A stretch of 64,000 nt of DNA from Eledone cirrhosa (GCA_964016885.1 OZ024740.1:272738001-272802000), one strand, 5' to 3'; counted from the first letter of the stretch, positions 13,430-25,597 are shown. The notes: a model not told the origin generated them from the letters alone. A program made the numbers and translations.

Positions 13430-13930
13430 TATCTGCGGTTAAGTAGAGCGTCGCACAACATGCTTTGCGGTGTATAGTTATGGCCCTTGACCCTCTGAGT
13501 TCAAGTCCAGCAAGGATTAGCTTTACCTTTCATTATAACAAGTCGATAAAATAAAGTACTGGTAACGTACTGGGTTCGATTTAGTCGATTATCCCGTTCC
13601 CTTCAAATTTCTGATCTTGTACTAAATGTAGAAGTAAATAACATTATTATTGGATTGGCATCCTTACGGGGGTCGATGAAATAAAGTACCAGTAATGCAC
13701 TGGTTAATTGCTGGCCTTGTGCCTAAAGTAGAAACAATTATTATTGGATTGGCAGTATCGGTAGAGGGTCGGACGCCGTGCTTTGCAGCATAGAGTTACG
13801 GCCCCTTTACGGTTTGAGTTCGAATCTCGCCGAGGTTAATTTTGCCTTTTTATCCTTAGGGGTCGATAAAATAAATCCCCTGTAATGCACTGGGATAATT
13901 GCTGGCCTTGTGGCAAAATAGAAACAATTA
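13430..13930 (+). mobile_element. Cluster of three tRNA-derived SINE copies (Meta-domain-like)
   Basis: tggcagtatcggtagag (A box), gagttcgaatc (B box), gcctttt.atccttaggggtcgataaaataaa, and tail gctggccttgtg..tagaaacaa(tta)n. Confidence 0.85.
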
Positions 13931-13934
13931 TTAA

Positions 13935-14130
13935 ACCAACTAAATTCTGTATGCTGTGGTTCCACTTATGGAGTTTGGTTGGCTTCCTAATATTGCTATT
14001 AAAATGATGAAATTTGTCATTAATTGAACCTATTTTAAAGTTTGCATTATAAAGTAATCTACATTTGGAATGGGAAGGAAATTTCTCCTTATGGTCTTTG
14101 TGTGTGGCGTACGTATCACGGTAGCCTAAG
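13935..14130 (-). pseudogene. PLE RT N-terminal fragment
   Basis: THKDHKEKFPSHSKCRLL aligns to TLKDHISNFPNSPSIWLI of the PLE ORF at 20231-21136. Confidence 0.6.
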
Positions 14131-14265
14131 GACAATCTAATTTCTTTCTCGTTAGATTTCTAATGTATATAACCAATATACGTTGTATTTCTAATGTATA
14201 TAACCAATATACGATTTCTAATGTATATACCCAATAAGCGTTGAGAATATAGAATATAAGTATGA

Positions 14266-14422
14266 TGTGCTCATGCGCAGAGATGGTATGACATAACATT
14301 TAAAATATGGTGATATTAGGTTCAATTCCTTATAACAGCCGATGGCAACTTATATTTCCGTGTTTTAAGAGTCTTCACACTATTTTATAAGCTATTCTAT
14401 AGTATCTCTGTGCATGAGCACA
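14266..14422. mobile_element. Short TIR (MITE-like) element; partial relative at ~25855-25920
   Basis: Imperfect TIR tgtgctcatgcgcagagat / atctctgtgcatgagcaca. Confidence 0.6.
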
Positions 14423-14646
14423 CCGTCCTTTAGATTAATTCTAATTTACATATTTTGATATTTCAATCATTATAACTTTCGAAGCCAATGTTTAGATTTC
14501 GAGTAATATTCCTATTCAGAGTTTGTTTATAGGTAACATTTGCAACAACATAAAAATGTTTAGCTTTACTAGAAAATATACGCATTCATCACAGTTCATC
14601 AAAAAAGAATTTGATGATACTAATGAGTCTCTTCTCTCTCTCTCTT

Positions 14647-14705
<59 letters not shown>

Positions 14706-15263
14706 ATTAATTTAATATCCTTTTTAAAAAAGAAATTTAAACAATTTTCATTGATTTTAATTTATCTGGTTTTCTATGAAAAAGTATTGAAAACTCATTC
14801 CGAAGATATATCATATTTTTTTAACTTCTTGTCTTTTATAATTGAAGGCGTTGGAGAAGAAAGGAATACATTATATGTAGCTCAATTATATATTTGGCTA
14901 TAGAATTTTGTTACTCTAGATGCTGACTACGAGAATTTCTGTTATTTCCTTCGATTTTAATCCGTTCACATACTGTATCAAGGAAGCAAGCTTATAAATA
15001 TATGTAATATAAGGGTTTCTGATTTAGATATAAAGCAAACATTTTTGGATAGAGGGGCCTCAATCAACCAAATGTACCAGGGGAGTCTGTTTCACATCAG
15101 AATTTACCTTATTGTAAAAGTAAAAACACATTCATAAATATAGTTTCTCCTCTTCTATGCTCGAACAAATGGATGAGAGACGCCCGATCGGAACGGCTGA
15201 GCCTACTTCTGGTTGATCGGGACTTTCTTCGGAGCAAAGAATATCACATACAGTTTTGTATAT

Positions 15264-15294
<31 letters not shown>

Positions 15295-15409
15295 ACCAAA
15301 ATTAAATTAGATTAAATTGAATTTTCCATTAAATTTTAATTTGTTACCTACGTAACTAAGTGTGTTTACACTCTTTACGAATTAGCCCCTGTGATTGTTT
15401 GTTTGATGT

Positions 15410-15501
<92 letters not shown>

Positions 15502-15543
15502 GTATATATGTATATATATATAAAATAAAGAATTATAAATTCT

Positions 15544-15596
15544 CTGCTATATATATTTCAGTGACAGCTATTACTGGATGTGACCTCATCAGGCAG
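15544..15596 (-). ncRNA. Type I hammerhead ribozyme (mirror polarity)
   Basis: CUGC-CUGAUGA-GGUCACAUCC..GCUGUCACU-GAAA-UAUAUA-UA-GCAG. Confidence 0.7.
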
Positions 15597-15931
15597 TACG
15601 AATTAATGTAGAAAAAACAGGTAAACTTATTGTTCAAATGTGTTCCACTCTGTCTATTCATCGATATGTCCAGCTCCTGGGTGTGTTGTTAATCCTCCGA
15701 GGAACTGGAATCATATGGGCTAGAACAAACTAATTTCAGAGTCAGAGGACACGCTTGCACTCCAAGGGGTACGAGCGTGTCCCCTGACGCTGAAATTCGT
15801 TTCTTCTAGCACATATGATTCTAGTTCCACGGAGGACTAACAACACACCCAGGAGCTGGACATACGGATGAATTGACACAGTGGACTTATTTCAACAACA
15901 TGTTTACTTGTTTTTTCTACATTAATTCGTA

Positions 15932-15984
15932 CTGCCTGATGAGGTCACAGCCAATAATAGGTGTCACTGAAATATATATAGCAG
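15932..15984 (+). ncRNA. Type I hammerhead ribozyme
   Basis: CUGC-CUGAUGA-GGUCACAGCC..GGUGUCACU-GAAA-UAUAUA-UA-GCAG. Confidence 0.72.
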
Positions 15985-16336
15985 AGAATTTATAATAAAC
16001 GAAGCCAAATTTAACATCTTTGACTTACTTATTTTACATTACTCCGGAGTAAACAAATCAAGGGGCTTAGCTCTGTTTCTTGACCGCTGTATCACGTGAT
16101 TGACTCCCCCTCCGCCTTTTCGAGATTCTATCTCGCGCAACACAGACGTGTTTTGAAACCCTTAATGAGGTATCCTTTTGATAAGTCGGCAGACCTCACA
16201 AAACTCTATATCTCTATGATGTAGTGTTTTTTTCATAATATGCCACGAAACTACGTAGTCGGGGACTATAGAAGCAGTTTAGGTATGATATATCTTATTA
16301 CTAATTATATCTAATGTTTCTTCTCTCTTCATAATG

Positions 16337-16373
<37 letters not shown>

Positions 16374-16571
16374 CGACTGAGAGTTTATTCTCAAAATATA
16401 ATATAGTATATATATATATATGTATTTATATATGTATATATATATATATATATCAAGATAAGCAGAACAAGTAAAATTCAACCAATTTTTCAAAATAAAT
16501 CAAAATTAATATACAATTAAAATTAATCAAAATTAAAAAAATATAATATAAATATTTACCTATTCAAATGG

Positions 16572-16649
16572 CCCTAACTGTACAGTTTCACGGTGCAAAA
16601 CATTAAATATCACGAGGATATTAATGGAAAAGCAACGATCATCAGAGAA
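16572..16649 (-). ncRNA. Type I hammerhead ribozyme with long stem II
   Basis: UUCU-CUGAUGA-UCGUUGC..CAUUAAUAUC..GAUAUUUAAUG..GCACCGU-GAAA-CUGUACAG-UU-AGGG, with palindromic stem III AACUGUACAGUU. Confidence 0.75.
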
Positions 16650-17096
16650 GCATTTTCCTGTCCTAGGGTTAAAAACCCCAGGAACGACAAAATATATGAC
16701 CTCGCTCCAACTAATACAGGTCTGAAAGGTCGTGAAAGTGACCCGTAAATACATTGGTGTATAGTGAAGGCGGGAAATCGTAGACTAGCCGTCTATAATC
16801 GCTACTAAAAAAGATTTTTAGCAACTAAATAGAACGACAAAGATTTATCTCTACATACTGGAGATTATTGAATAAGGTTAATATATATCTGAGGGTACAA
16901 TGTACCCCCGGAAATATATAGTGTGTCTATGATTTAAGGTGGTTCTATGGTAATAATTTGATATACCAGAACTTAATATCAAGATAAGCAGAACAAGTAA
17001 AATTCAACCAATTTTTCAAAATAAATCAAAATTAATATACAATTAAAATTAATCAAAATTAAAAAATATAATATAAATATTTACCTATTCAAATGG

Positions 17097-17174
17097 CCCT
17101 AACTGTACAGTTTCACGGTGCAAAACATTAAATATCACGAGGATATTAATGGAAAAGCAACGATCATCAGAGAA
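17097..17174 (-). ncRNA. Type I hammerhead ribozyme (second copy, +525 nt)
   Basis: Identical to 16572-16649. Confidence 0.75.
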
Positions 17175-17504
17175 GCATTTTCCTGTCCTAGGGTTAAAAA
17201 CCCCAGGAACGACAAAATATATGACCTCGCTCCAACTAATACAGGTCTGAAAGGTCGTGAAAGTGACCCGTAAATACATTGGTGTATAGTGAAGGCGGGA
17301 AATCGTAGACTAGCCGTCTATAATCGCTACTAAAAAAGATTTTTAGCAACTAAATAGAACGACAAAGATTTATCTCTACATACTGGAGATTATTGAATAA
17401 GGTTAATATATATCTGAGGGTACAATGTACCCCCGGAAATATATAGTGTGTCTATGATTTAAGGTGGTTCTATGGATATATATATGTATGTATGTACATA
17501 TACA

Positions 17505-17557
<53 letters not shown>

Positions 17558-17561
<4 letters not shown>

Positions 17562-17752
17562 TTAATATAGATGAGATTCTACAGGACTAGAACTGTTTCA
17601 TTCATTTGAAATCATCAGGATTCCTGATGATTTCAAATGAATGAAACAGTTCTAGTCCTGTAGAATCTCATCTATATTAAAACTGTTATACTCTGCTATG
17701 TATTGAGTACCTTACTTACTGTGGTTACCTCCGATTCAACCCGGAATAACGT
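17558..17752. mobile_element. Perfect 127-bp palindrome (17558-17684, centre T17621) plus tail, inside (TA)n
   Basis: agttttaatatagatgag...tcatcagga t tcctgatga...ctcatctatattaaaact. Confidence 0.92.
17619..17667 (+). ncRNA. Type I hammerhead ribozyme (mirror copy 17575-17623 on -)
   Basis: GAUUC-CUGAUGA-UUUCAAAUGAAU-GAAA-CAG UUCUAGUC CUG-UA-GAAUC. Confidence 0.78.
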
Positions 17753-18023
17753 ATATATATATATATATATATATATAACCAAAATTATATATATATTGTT
17801 ATACTTTGGCGGAAGGGGGGGGGGGGGGGGGCTTGCTGCCAATGAAAAACACATGTACAGGCTGGTTGGTTCAATAAGCGGATGGTTGTTTACTTATTTT
17901 GTGTCTCTTATTTGTTGTCTTACGCCATCTTGTTTTTGTGTGTTGTCAATATCGGTTTAAACACACGTTTTCAGATAAGGAATCTTGCAAAACAAATTCA
18001 ACAAAGAAGTATATATATATAAG

Positions 18024-18107
<84 letters not shown>

Positions 18108-18113
<6 letters not shown>

Positions 18114-21100
18114 TAACAGATTAAAGTTTAAGCAAAGAATGGCTACTTTCACCCTTAACGGGATCTTCTGAAACTAACAAAGTCAATCTGTAAACGCAGA
18201 AGTAAATATTTCAAAGAACGTTGCAACCGGAAGAAGACAGTAAGACAATACTTTGGTTCGTGGAAACGTTCCCTGGCAAAGAATGGGAAAAAAAGAATAT
18301 AATACGTCATTAATAGGAGCGGTGAAAAACAATTACACGCAAAGACAGAACCACGTTTATGGTATAAAAGAAATCGTAGACTAATGTTCTATTAGGTGGT
18401 TCATAGCGACGTTCTCTGGCAATGGACGGAAAAAACGAAGATAATACGTCATATGTAGAGCGTGGAGAACAATTGCACGCAAAGACAAAGCCACGTAAAT
18501 GGTATAGCTGAAGTCGTAGACTAAAATTCCAACTAGGAAACCGAACGATTCTCAGCTTCAGAGTTAATAATAAAGTAAATAAAATACAATACAGAGGTAA
18601 TTGATATTAAATAAATACATACACGCATCCGAATACATACATACACGAGCATACGCGAAAACACTCGCCATAGGTATACAAAACCACGCACATATAAATG
18701 TGTGTGTGTGTGTGCGTGTGCGTGTATACAAATAAATAAGTAATTAAATAAACGTATATAAATAAATACGTATATAACAAGCGCACACACATACCTACAT
18801 GTAAATACACACATGTTCGGAGATGTAAGTAAACCAAAACATGAAGTACACATATACACACACACCCAACATACGTACGAACCCGCATACTCACACAGAC
18901 GCAAAACTCCCGCATACACATAACCAAAAGCATATGTACCAGAATATATAAAAATATACGACATAACATATACAATCAAATATACGTTCGAGAAAGTATA
19001 CGTACCTTCACGAAACATACAGGTAATATATACTTACCTATGCAAATAAGTAATGGTATAAACATAACATATACTTAGCTACCACATCAAGACGTAAAAT
19101 ATCCCCATATAGATCGTACTATCCGTTAGCGTATAATGTGGGGCTGTAATACAGGAAAGTTTTGTGCAATTTATGTTTTCAAGTCGAAATTGCTTCAGAT
19201 TTTTTGTTTAAGATGTGGTCTGTGGCGTAGAGTATTTCCAGGGCCTCAGCGGCGCAGAGGTCACATGGTCTTTTATTTCCGTTATACGATCTAGCCCTAG
19301 CTAGGATCTCCCAGTGTAACTTATATTGGGTGTGGTTGTCTTTTAGACTCCAGATATAAGCTGAAAGTGACGTCATATTCCTCCTTAGAGGGTAACGAAA
19401 AGAATGGGTATGCATGTAAAGACGCTACTTGAATCTATTGGTGGTTAACCCTATGTAGGCCCTACGGGACGCGGGTATTTCAACCTTAGATTTGTAGACA
19501 ATGTTACTAGAGAGGCATTTCTCGGATAGGGGGCAATCAACCCGATTCCTACAATTACAGTTAGTACTAACTACAGGGATGCACGTATTCCTACCGCTAG
19601 GTAGTTTAGCTAAATTTGAAGCTGTGATGTTATGTGCAAGGTTAGGAGTCGTAGAGTAAGAAATTTTAATAGTATTCCTATTAACAATTTTACTATATAT
19701 ATATGTAGGGGGAAAATGCTTCGTAATAAGGGATAGAAAGATCTTAGTTAATGGTGTGGCCACCTCCATATTATATGGTGGGTTATACCATATAATGCGA
19801 CGGGATCTATTTCTTCTAGGTCTAATCTCGTATATGCTACCTTATCGACAAATCCACTTCGAGCAAGAGCTTCATTGTAATAAGTGGAATGGTCGTTGAA
19901 AATATGCTCGTTAGTAGATAGACGGGAAAGCCTCAACGAAACGTTTCTTACCAGGTTCTTGGTTATGCTGGCAGGATGGTTGGAATGCTTACTTATGTAA
20001 TTAAGCGTATCATTCGGCTTTCTATACGGGTAATACAAGCCATTCGATAAATTGAGGGTAAAATCGAGGTAATTAACGACCGAGAGGTTGGCCTCAACCT
20101 GTATAGACAGGTTGAAGCCTTTAAAGAAGGCTGTGAGTTCCTTTCTGAACCTGATGCAAGCACGAGAGCCGCACTTAGTCATGGTCAAAAGACCATCATC
20201 AGGGTACAAATCACCGCCCGCGTTGGGGAATTAGTCCTTGATAGAGAAAAGAAGGAAAAGGCCGATAAGATCAGTAACCTCCGCAGAATCGCTGGCGCCC
20301 ATACTCATGTCGAATGGGGTTCTATTGGATTTTTTAATCCAAATAGAGTCGTCGAAAATAATCACCGATTTACAGGCATTGAGGATAACATCAACTTCTA
20401 AATCCTTAACCACTGTGAGTGTTTTAGCGAAATTGATAGCTCTAAGGAGAAGTGGTAAAGTGATGGAGGAGTAGTAATTATTGATGTCGAATTGGATAAA
20501 ACGGCAATGTTCCTTGTTGCATATGCCGTTGAACCAATCAATCACCGCGAAAGAATTGTTCCACAGTGCTAGAGGGGCCAAACTTCTAATTTCAGGTATA
20601 ATTCTATCAAGAATCATTTTACTAAGTCTACCTAAATCGGACTTCGTAGGGTTAATAAGCCAAATAGAGGGGCTGTTCGGAAAATTGGATATGTGATCCT
20701 TCAGGGTAAAGTGGGGAGAAATAGGGTCCAGAGGTTCGGTCCGGTCCAGGATGTTGAGATCAGAGGTAATTCTAAACCCAGAATCGTTGATTTCATTGAT
20801 GACGCACCGATTAGTTTTACGGTAAATCTTAGTTACAGCATTATGTAGTAGTTGATGGTAAGTACTGCGCTCCACTTGATATAGGTTGCCAGTTTTGTCG
20901 GAATGGACGTGCACGGCATTAGAATCCTTGATAGAACGAATTCTATTCTTCAGGTCCTGCTGGAAGGAATTGCTCCTATTCCGAAATTTGATACTCCGTA
21001 TGAGTTCCACGACATCATTTTCGAAGGGTAGCAATGCTGGGTTACACGGAGGGTTATTATAGGTTTTAAACCCAAATTTATCCTGTTTGTTGTCAGCATT

Positions 21101-21185
21101 TCGCGGATTATCGAAATAAAAGGCACGCCAACGCAACCTTTTAATGAACGCGTTTGGTGTCTGTAACAGGAGTTTTAGGTATATA
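18108..21185 (-). mobile_element. Penelope-like element (RT + C-terminal GIY-YIG, CxCx5Cx5C linker; Nematis-like), near full-length, inactivated
   Basis: Motifs include RWRAFYF, FDINNYYSSI, SMGASDSAE, YPDD, YLDFTL, YRKP, CNCRNRVDCPLSEKC, IVY..AYIGLT..RFK and CDLC..E. The ~1-kb 3' UTR has an internal ~140-bp direct repeat. Both ends lie in (TA)n. The clade assignment is from memory of the linker motif. Confidence 0.9.
19119..21185 (-). pseudogene. PLE polyprotein (RT-GIY-YIG) broken into 4 ORFs
   Basis: ORFs 20231-21136, 19748-20209, 19425-19769 and 19179-19415 are collinear. Confidence 0.88.
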
Positions 21186-21416
21186 TATACACTTCGTTGG
21201 TGAATTTATATATATAAGCACATGTTCGCTCGCATCACACCAAGATGGTAATTAATTACAAGTGGCATAAATGCATATTGTATAACTCTACATCTCATAA
21301 TTGTATGAACTTCCGATGAGGTCACATATATATAACCATTCCATAACCATGTAATTGAAATATATATTATGCAATAACATAATTATGTGAAAGTAACTCT
21401 GTGTTAACTATATTTC

Positions 21417-21481
<65 letters not shown>

Positions 21482-21623
21482 CAAAGGTCTTTTGTCACCC
21501 ATTCTGTGACCTCCTCGGTAACTCGATTTTTATTTTGTGTCTCTCCTTTGTTCTGTCCTACACCACCTTGATTTTGTGTGCTGTCGAACGAACCAACCAG
21601 CGAGATATTTAAAATAAATTGAA

Positions 21624-21666
<43 letters not shown>

Positions 21667-21969
21667 GAGAGAGAGAGAGATCCGGGGAGTAAATGAATAT
21701 TCTACAATAGTGGAACTGCATTTTAGCAAAGAACTCCAAAATTAACACCGGAATTACTCCCCTTTGTACACAAACCTAAGCAGCTATCTCTGTAACACTC
21801 GATATGAATTTCGATGTGAACATCGTATTCGTACCCATGCAGGGTTCCTAATTAAACCCTTTACTTCTCTCTGAGCATCCGACAAGCCCAACTTGGGCGT
21901 AACATGTGTAAGAGCTCCATATAAATTATATTTTAACGGTCTACTTCTTTTTCTTCAATTTCTTCGATT

Positions 21970-22008
<39 letters not shown>

Positions 22009-22171
22009 CGGATTAACAAATAATAGTTAAATGCAGTCCACTTAGGTGAAGTCCAGTTATGGTATTCCAGGTAGTGGATGATATTAACGCTTGGCTTGAC
22101 TCAACAAGGCGTTTTCATAGTGATGCTGCGGGTATGCTGTAATTCCTATGTTGTAAACACTTGGAGTAATA

Positions 22172-22375
22172 ATAAATCAGGAAAGAAGGTTTACATGATT
22201 TGCTATACAAAAAAGTTTTTAATCACATAGCTTACATTTGTTTCACTGAACTGGTGTGTCTAGAGATCTAATTACAATTAGCACGCTTTTCTCTTTGCAT
22301 GTATGTATATTTTTGTACGAGTGTATATTGATGTGTATGTATGTGTCTATGTACACATGCATGTGTATATATATT

Positions 22376-22408
<33 letters not shown>

Positions 22409-22934
22409 ATGTGTATGTGTGTGTGTGTGTGCGTAGACATATGCGTATATTAATTCGTTAACCTCTGTATTAACTCTACAACTATTGAGCTTTGACAGTG
22501 GTCCCACTTATGTATACTGTTGAAGATGAAGAGAAAGACTGTAAAAACTAGCTTATTTTATAATTTAAAATTGATACACACTACGATACTTTTTGCCTTA
22601 TGACAGCTGGTTTTCACGCCGTAACATTAGATACATTATATACCCCCACCTAAGTAATGTCAGGGTCTCCTTAAATAGTTTATTGATAGCATTGTTGTAA
22701 TTGTTGTTATTGTTCTAATTGAATGCCATAACTACTACATATAGTAGCCGTATTTTCTTTTCTTTTCTTGCCTGTGTATTTTCCTCATTCTCGCATGCTC
22801 CGAAGATCTGACTGGTTATAATTCTGTATTGGCGATCGAGTAACGCAAAATTAAGCGGATAGCCAGTGAAACAAATGTAAGCTATGTGATTAAAAACTTT
22901 TTTGTATAGCAAACCATGTAAACCTTCTTTCCTG

Positions 22935-22940
<6 letters not shown>
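22172..22940. repeat. ~76-bp inverted arms (22172-22248 / 22865-22940); degenerate hammerhead-like motif 22797-22882 (+)
   Basis: The arms are reverse-complementary. Motif: GCU-CCGAAGA..ACUGGUUAU..AUAGCCAGU-GAAA-CAAAUG-UA-AGC. Confidence 0.65.
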
Positions 22941-22996
<56 letters not shown>

Positions 22997-23115
22997 CCAA
23001 CATATACTGAAAAAAAAAAAAAATATATATATATATTTTTTTTTTTGAGTATATGTTGGTTGTATACCAACACCTCAGTATGGAGATTGGAGCACTCGAC
23101 GAAGTACGCAGGTTG

Positions 23116-23385
23116 GTTTGGTTACTCCGGAGTAATGTAAAATAAAATAAAATAAATAAGTAAAATGTTTAAAATTTGGCTTCGTTTATTACTGCTATAT
23201 ATATTTCGGTGACAGCCATCTTTGGCTGTGATCTCTTCAGGCAGTCCGAATTAGAACTGCCCGAAGTGGTCACAGCCAAAGATGGCTGTCACCGAAATAT
23301 ATATAGCAGTAATAAACGAAGCCAAATTTTAAACATTTGACTTATTTATTTTATTTTATTTTACATTACTCCGGAGTAACCAAAC
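23116..23385. mobile_element. 270-bp fold-back of the 15.5-kb family with back-to-back hammerheads
   Basis: Centre ~23251. The + copy (23256-23310) has a mutated core, CCGAAGU. Confidence 0.9.
23191..23245 (-). ncRNA. Type I hammerhead ribozyme
   Basis: ACUGC-CUGAAGA-GAUCACAGCCA AAGA UGGCUGUCACC-GAAA-UAUAUA-UA-GCAGU. Confidence 0.8.
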
Positions 23386-23540
23386 TTTGACTTATTTATT
23401 TTATTGTAATTCATATATATATATACATATATACATATAGATAGATATATTTCTTTATTTACCATAAAGGCATAATATATACATATAGATAGATAGATAG
23501 ATAAATATACACGGGTGTGTATGATTGTGTATAGAAGATT

Positions 23541-23918
23541 ATATTAATAAGAGGAATTCCAACTTTGTCTGATTTAGTCGTTTTATTTACAATCCTTTAA
23601 AATTTATAATGGTATTATAATGAAATAGTACGATAGAATATTAAATGTTAAGTGTTAATTGAACAAGTACTTTCATGCTTTCGCAATCTTCAGGTTCATA
23701 ATGTGTGGTGACAGTCAAGTTTGCAATTTTCAACAGTTGAAAATTGCAGACTTGACTGTCACCACACATTATGAACCTGAAGATTGCGAAAGCATGAAAG
23801 TACTTGTTCAATTAACACTTAACATTTAATATTCTATCATTATAATACCATTATAAATTTTAAAGGATTGTAAATAAAACGAGTAAATCAGACAAAGCTC
23901 GAATTCCTCTTATTAATA
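23541..23918. mobile_element. ~380-bp palindrome (centre 23735) with a hammerhead in each arm
   Basis: Arms are near-identical reverse complements in a (TA)-rich context. Confidence 0.9.
23772..23810 (+). ncRNA. Minimal type I hammerhead ribozyme (mirror 23660-23698 on -)
   Basis: UGAAC-CUGAAGA-UUGC GAAA GCAU-GAAA-GUAC-UU-GUUCA, with palindromic AAGUACUU. Confidence 0.82.
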
Positions 23919-24656
23919 TATATATATATATATACGAAGAAATTGAATAAAAAGAAGTAGACCGTTAAAATATAATTATATATATATATATATACATACA
24001 TATATAAATATTTCGTGTATATATACATATATAATCGCTTTTCTTTGTGTTTAAACCTTCTTAACTTTGTATTCACTCTGGACGAAAATGTATTACATTT
24101 TCGGACTAATGAATGCTTTGTGACCACCCCGAAAAATTCGATCGGTATCTGCTATAACTTAGTTACATAACCTAAACGATCCCTCTGAGTAACCCCGTTT
24201 CAGTCGCTTGTATTCGTTTGGTTATTAATGAAGATCCATGAATTGAAGATAGCGAGTTCAGTTTTTACACCTACCTCCCTTCTACTGATGACCGAATGCT
24301 GAAGCTGACGCATTACTGCACATCCTTCAACCATTAAAATTTACCATCCGAATACCTCCTCTCCACATTTTTTTCGTGTGGAAGTAAAGTATATACTTGT
24401 AGATGAGTATCAAGTTTTTTGTTGCCTTTCGGTAGAGAGAGGAACATCTGTTTTCTCCATTTAAATTTTACAGTGCAACTACTTAACAACGATATGCTGT
24501 ATCTGAACCTGTCATATACGTCACAGGAGGGAGTTATTAATATGCATATATATCGTTATATAAATGTGACCAGCGAGTGAGCGAGACAATGAGAGAGAGA
24601 GAGAGAGGGAGGGAGAGAGAGAGAGCGATAGAGAAAGAAAGAAAGAAAGAGCCAGC

Positions 24657-24715
<59 letters not shown>

Positions 24716-24793
24716 TGACAATTAGTATGTAAGAGAGAAAATGGGAGATGTGAAGGGCGTTTATGTGACTGTTTGTTAGTATATGTATATAAG

Positions 24794-24978
24794 GGCGGTG
24801 GATTGGCAGTATCGGTAGAGGGTCGGACGCCATGCTTTCAAGCATAGTTACGTCCCTTTACGATCTGAGTTCAAATCCCGCCGAGGTTGACTTTGCCTTT
24901 CATCCTTACGGGGTCGATAAAATAAAGTACCAGTAATGCACTGGGTAATTGCTGGCCTTGTGCCTAAAGTAGAAACAA
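24794..24978 (+). mobile_element. tRNA-derived SINE (Meta-domain-like), best full-length copy
   Basis: A box tggcagtatcgg, B box gagttcaaatccc, central gcctttcatccttacggggtcgataaaataaagtacc. Diverged copies lie at ~25944-26070 (+), 46478-46620 (-) and 63020-63090 (+). Confidence 0.9.
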
Positions 24979-25394
24979 GTATATGTATATATGTATATAT
25001 GTAAGCATCTGCTGTGAAAGATTCCCAACGTACGTCATTTCGTATGGAATCGTATATATAGTTATGTATATAATATACTTACAAACATGATCCGATGTTA
25101 GAAATCTTTTACTCATTGTGTGTATAATATATAACATCAACCTATAAGTTCCCACACAAACAGAAATACACATACAGACATATATACACGTACGTACATG
25201 GAAGCTTTCACACATACGCGACGTACATGTACACACACACAGATAAATATCGCATCTGTATATAAATTAAAAAATAAATAAACACACACACACACACTCA
25301 TACACACGCACACACACACACACATATATATATACATATATATATATATAAAAGGTAATCAGAAATAACAGCACAATCGGTACAGTATATAGGG

Positions 25395-25430
25395 TCTTAA
25401 CGTTTCGGACGCTAGTCCTTCATCAGAAGA
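25395..25430 (-). ncRNA. Minimal type I hammerhead ribozyme in a ~110-bp island between microsatellites
   Basis: UCUU-CUGAUGA-AGGAC UAGC GUCC-GAAA-CG-UU-AAGA (PLE-type AACGUU palindrome). A degenerate relative lies at 44198-44231 (-). Confidence 0.8.
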
Positions 25431-25456
25431 AAGAATGAGAAATTAGAAAGATTGTT

Positions 25457-25493
<37 letters not shown>

Positions 25494-25565
25494 ATATATA
25501 TATCCATATATATATCCACATACACACACACACACACATACACACACACGCACATACACACACAG

Positions 25566-25597
<32 letters not shown>

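Larger units (their letters stand above)
15532..16056. mobile_element. 465-bp imperfect hairpin (15532-15996, centre 15764/5) plus 3' tail; hammerhead on each strand
   Basis: Arms are ~85-90% complementary by manual alignment. The same family occurs at 23116-23385. Confidence 0.88.
16451..17475 (-). mobile_element. Head-to-tail ~525-bp dimer, one hammerhead per unit (retrozyme-like)
   Basis: 16451-16976 is repeated at 16977-17475. The only difference I found is a 1-nt poly-A indel. Both ends lie in (TA)n. Confidence 0.85.

Noticed and set aside
14155-14240. Short tandem repeats (also 36278-36323, 47088-47145, 53693/53933)
   Set aside because: These are local slippage duplications without unique spacers or cas genes, so not CRISPR.
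14330-14390. Hammerhead-like UGAAGA..GAAA inside the TIR element
   Set aside because: Stems I and III do not pair convincingly.
19179-19181. TGA aligned with a Cys codon (TGT in the 39.6-kb copy), suggesting selenocysteine as in some Naiad PLEs
   Set aside because: It is a single instance in a copy that also has a TAG and frameshifts. The endonuclease is C-terminal, unlike the Naiad domain order.
21308-21375. CCGAUGA-GGUCACAU..AUGUAAUU-GAAA-UAUAUA motif
   Set aside because: The core is mutated and stem I is unpaired, so it is at most a relic.
24794-24880. tRNA-like A/B boxes (also 10192, 36545 and others)
   Set aside because: These are SINE heads followed by SINE bodies, with no complete cloverleaf.
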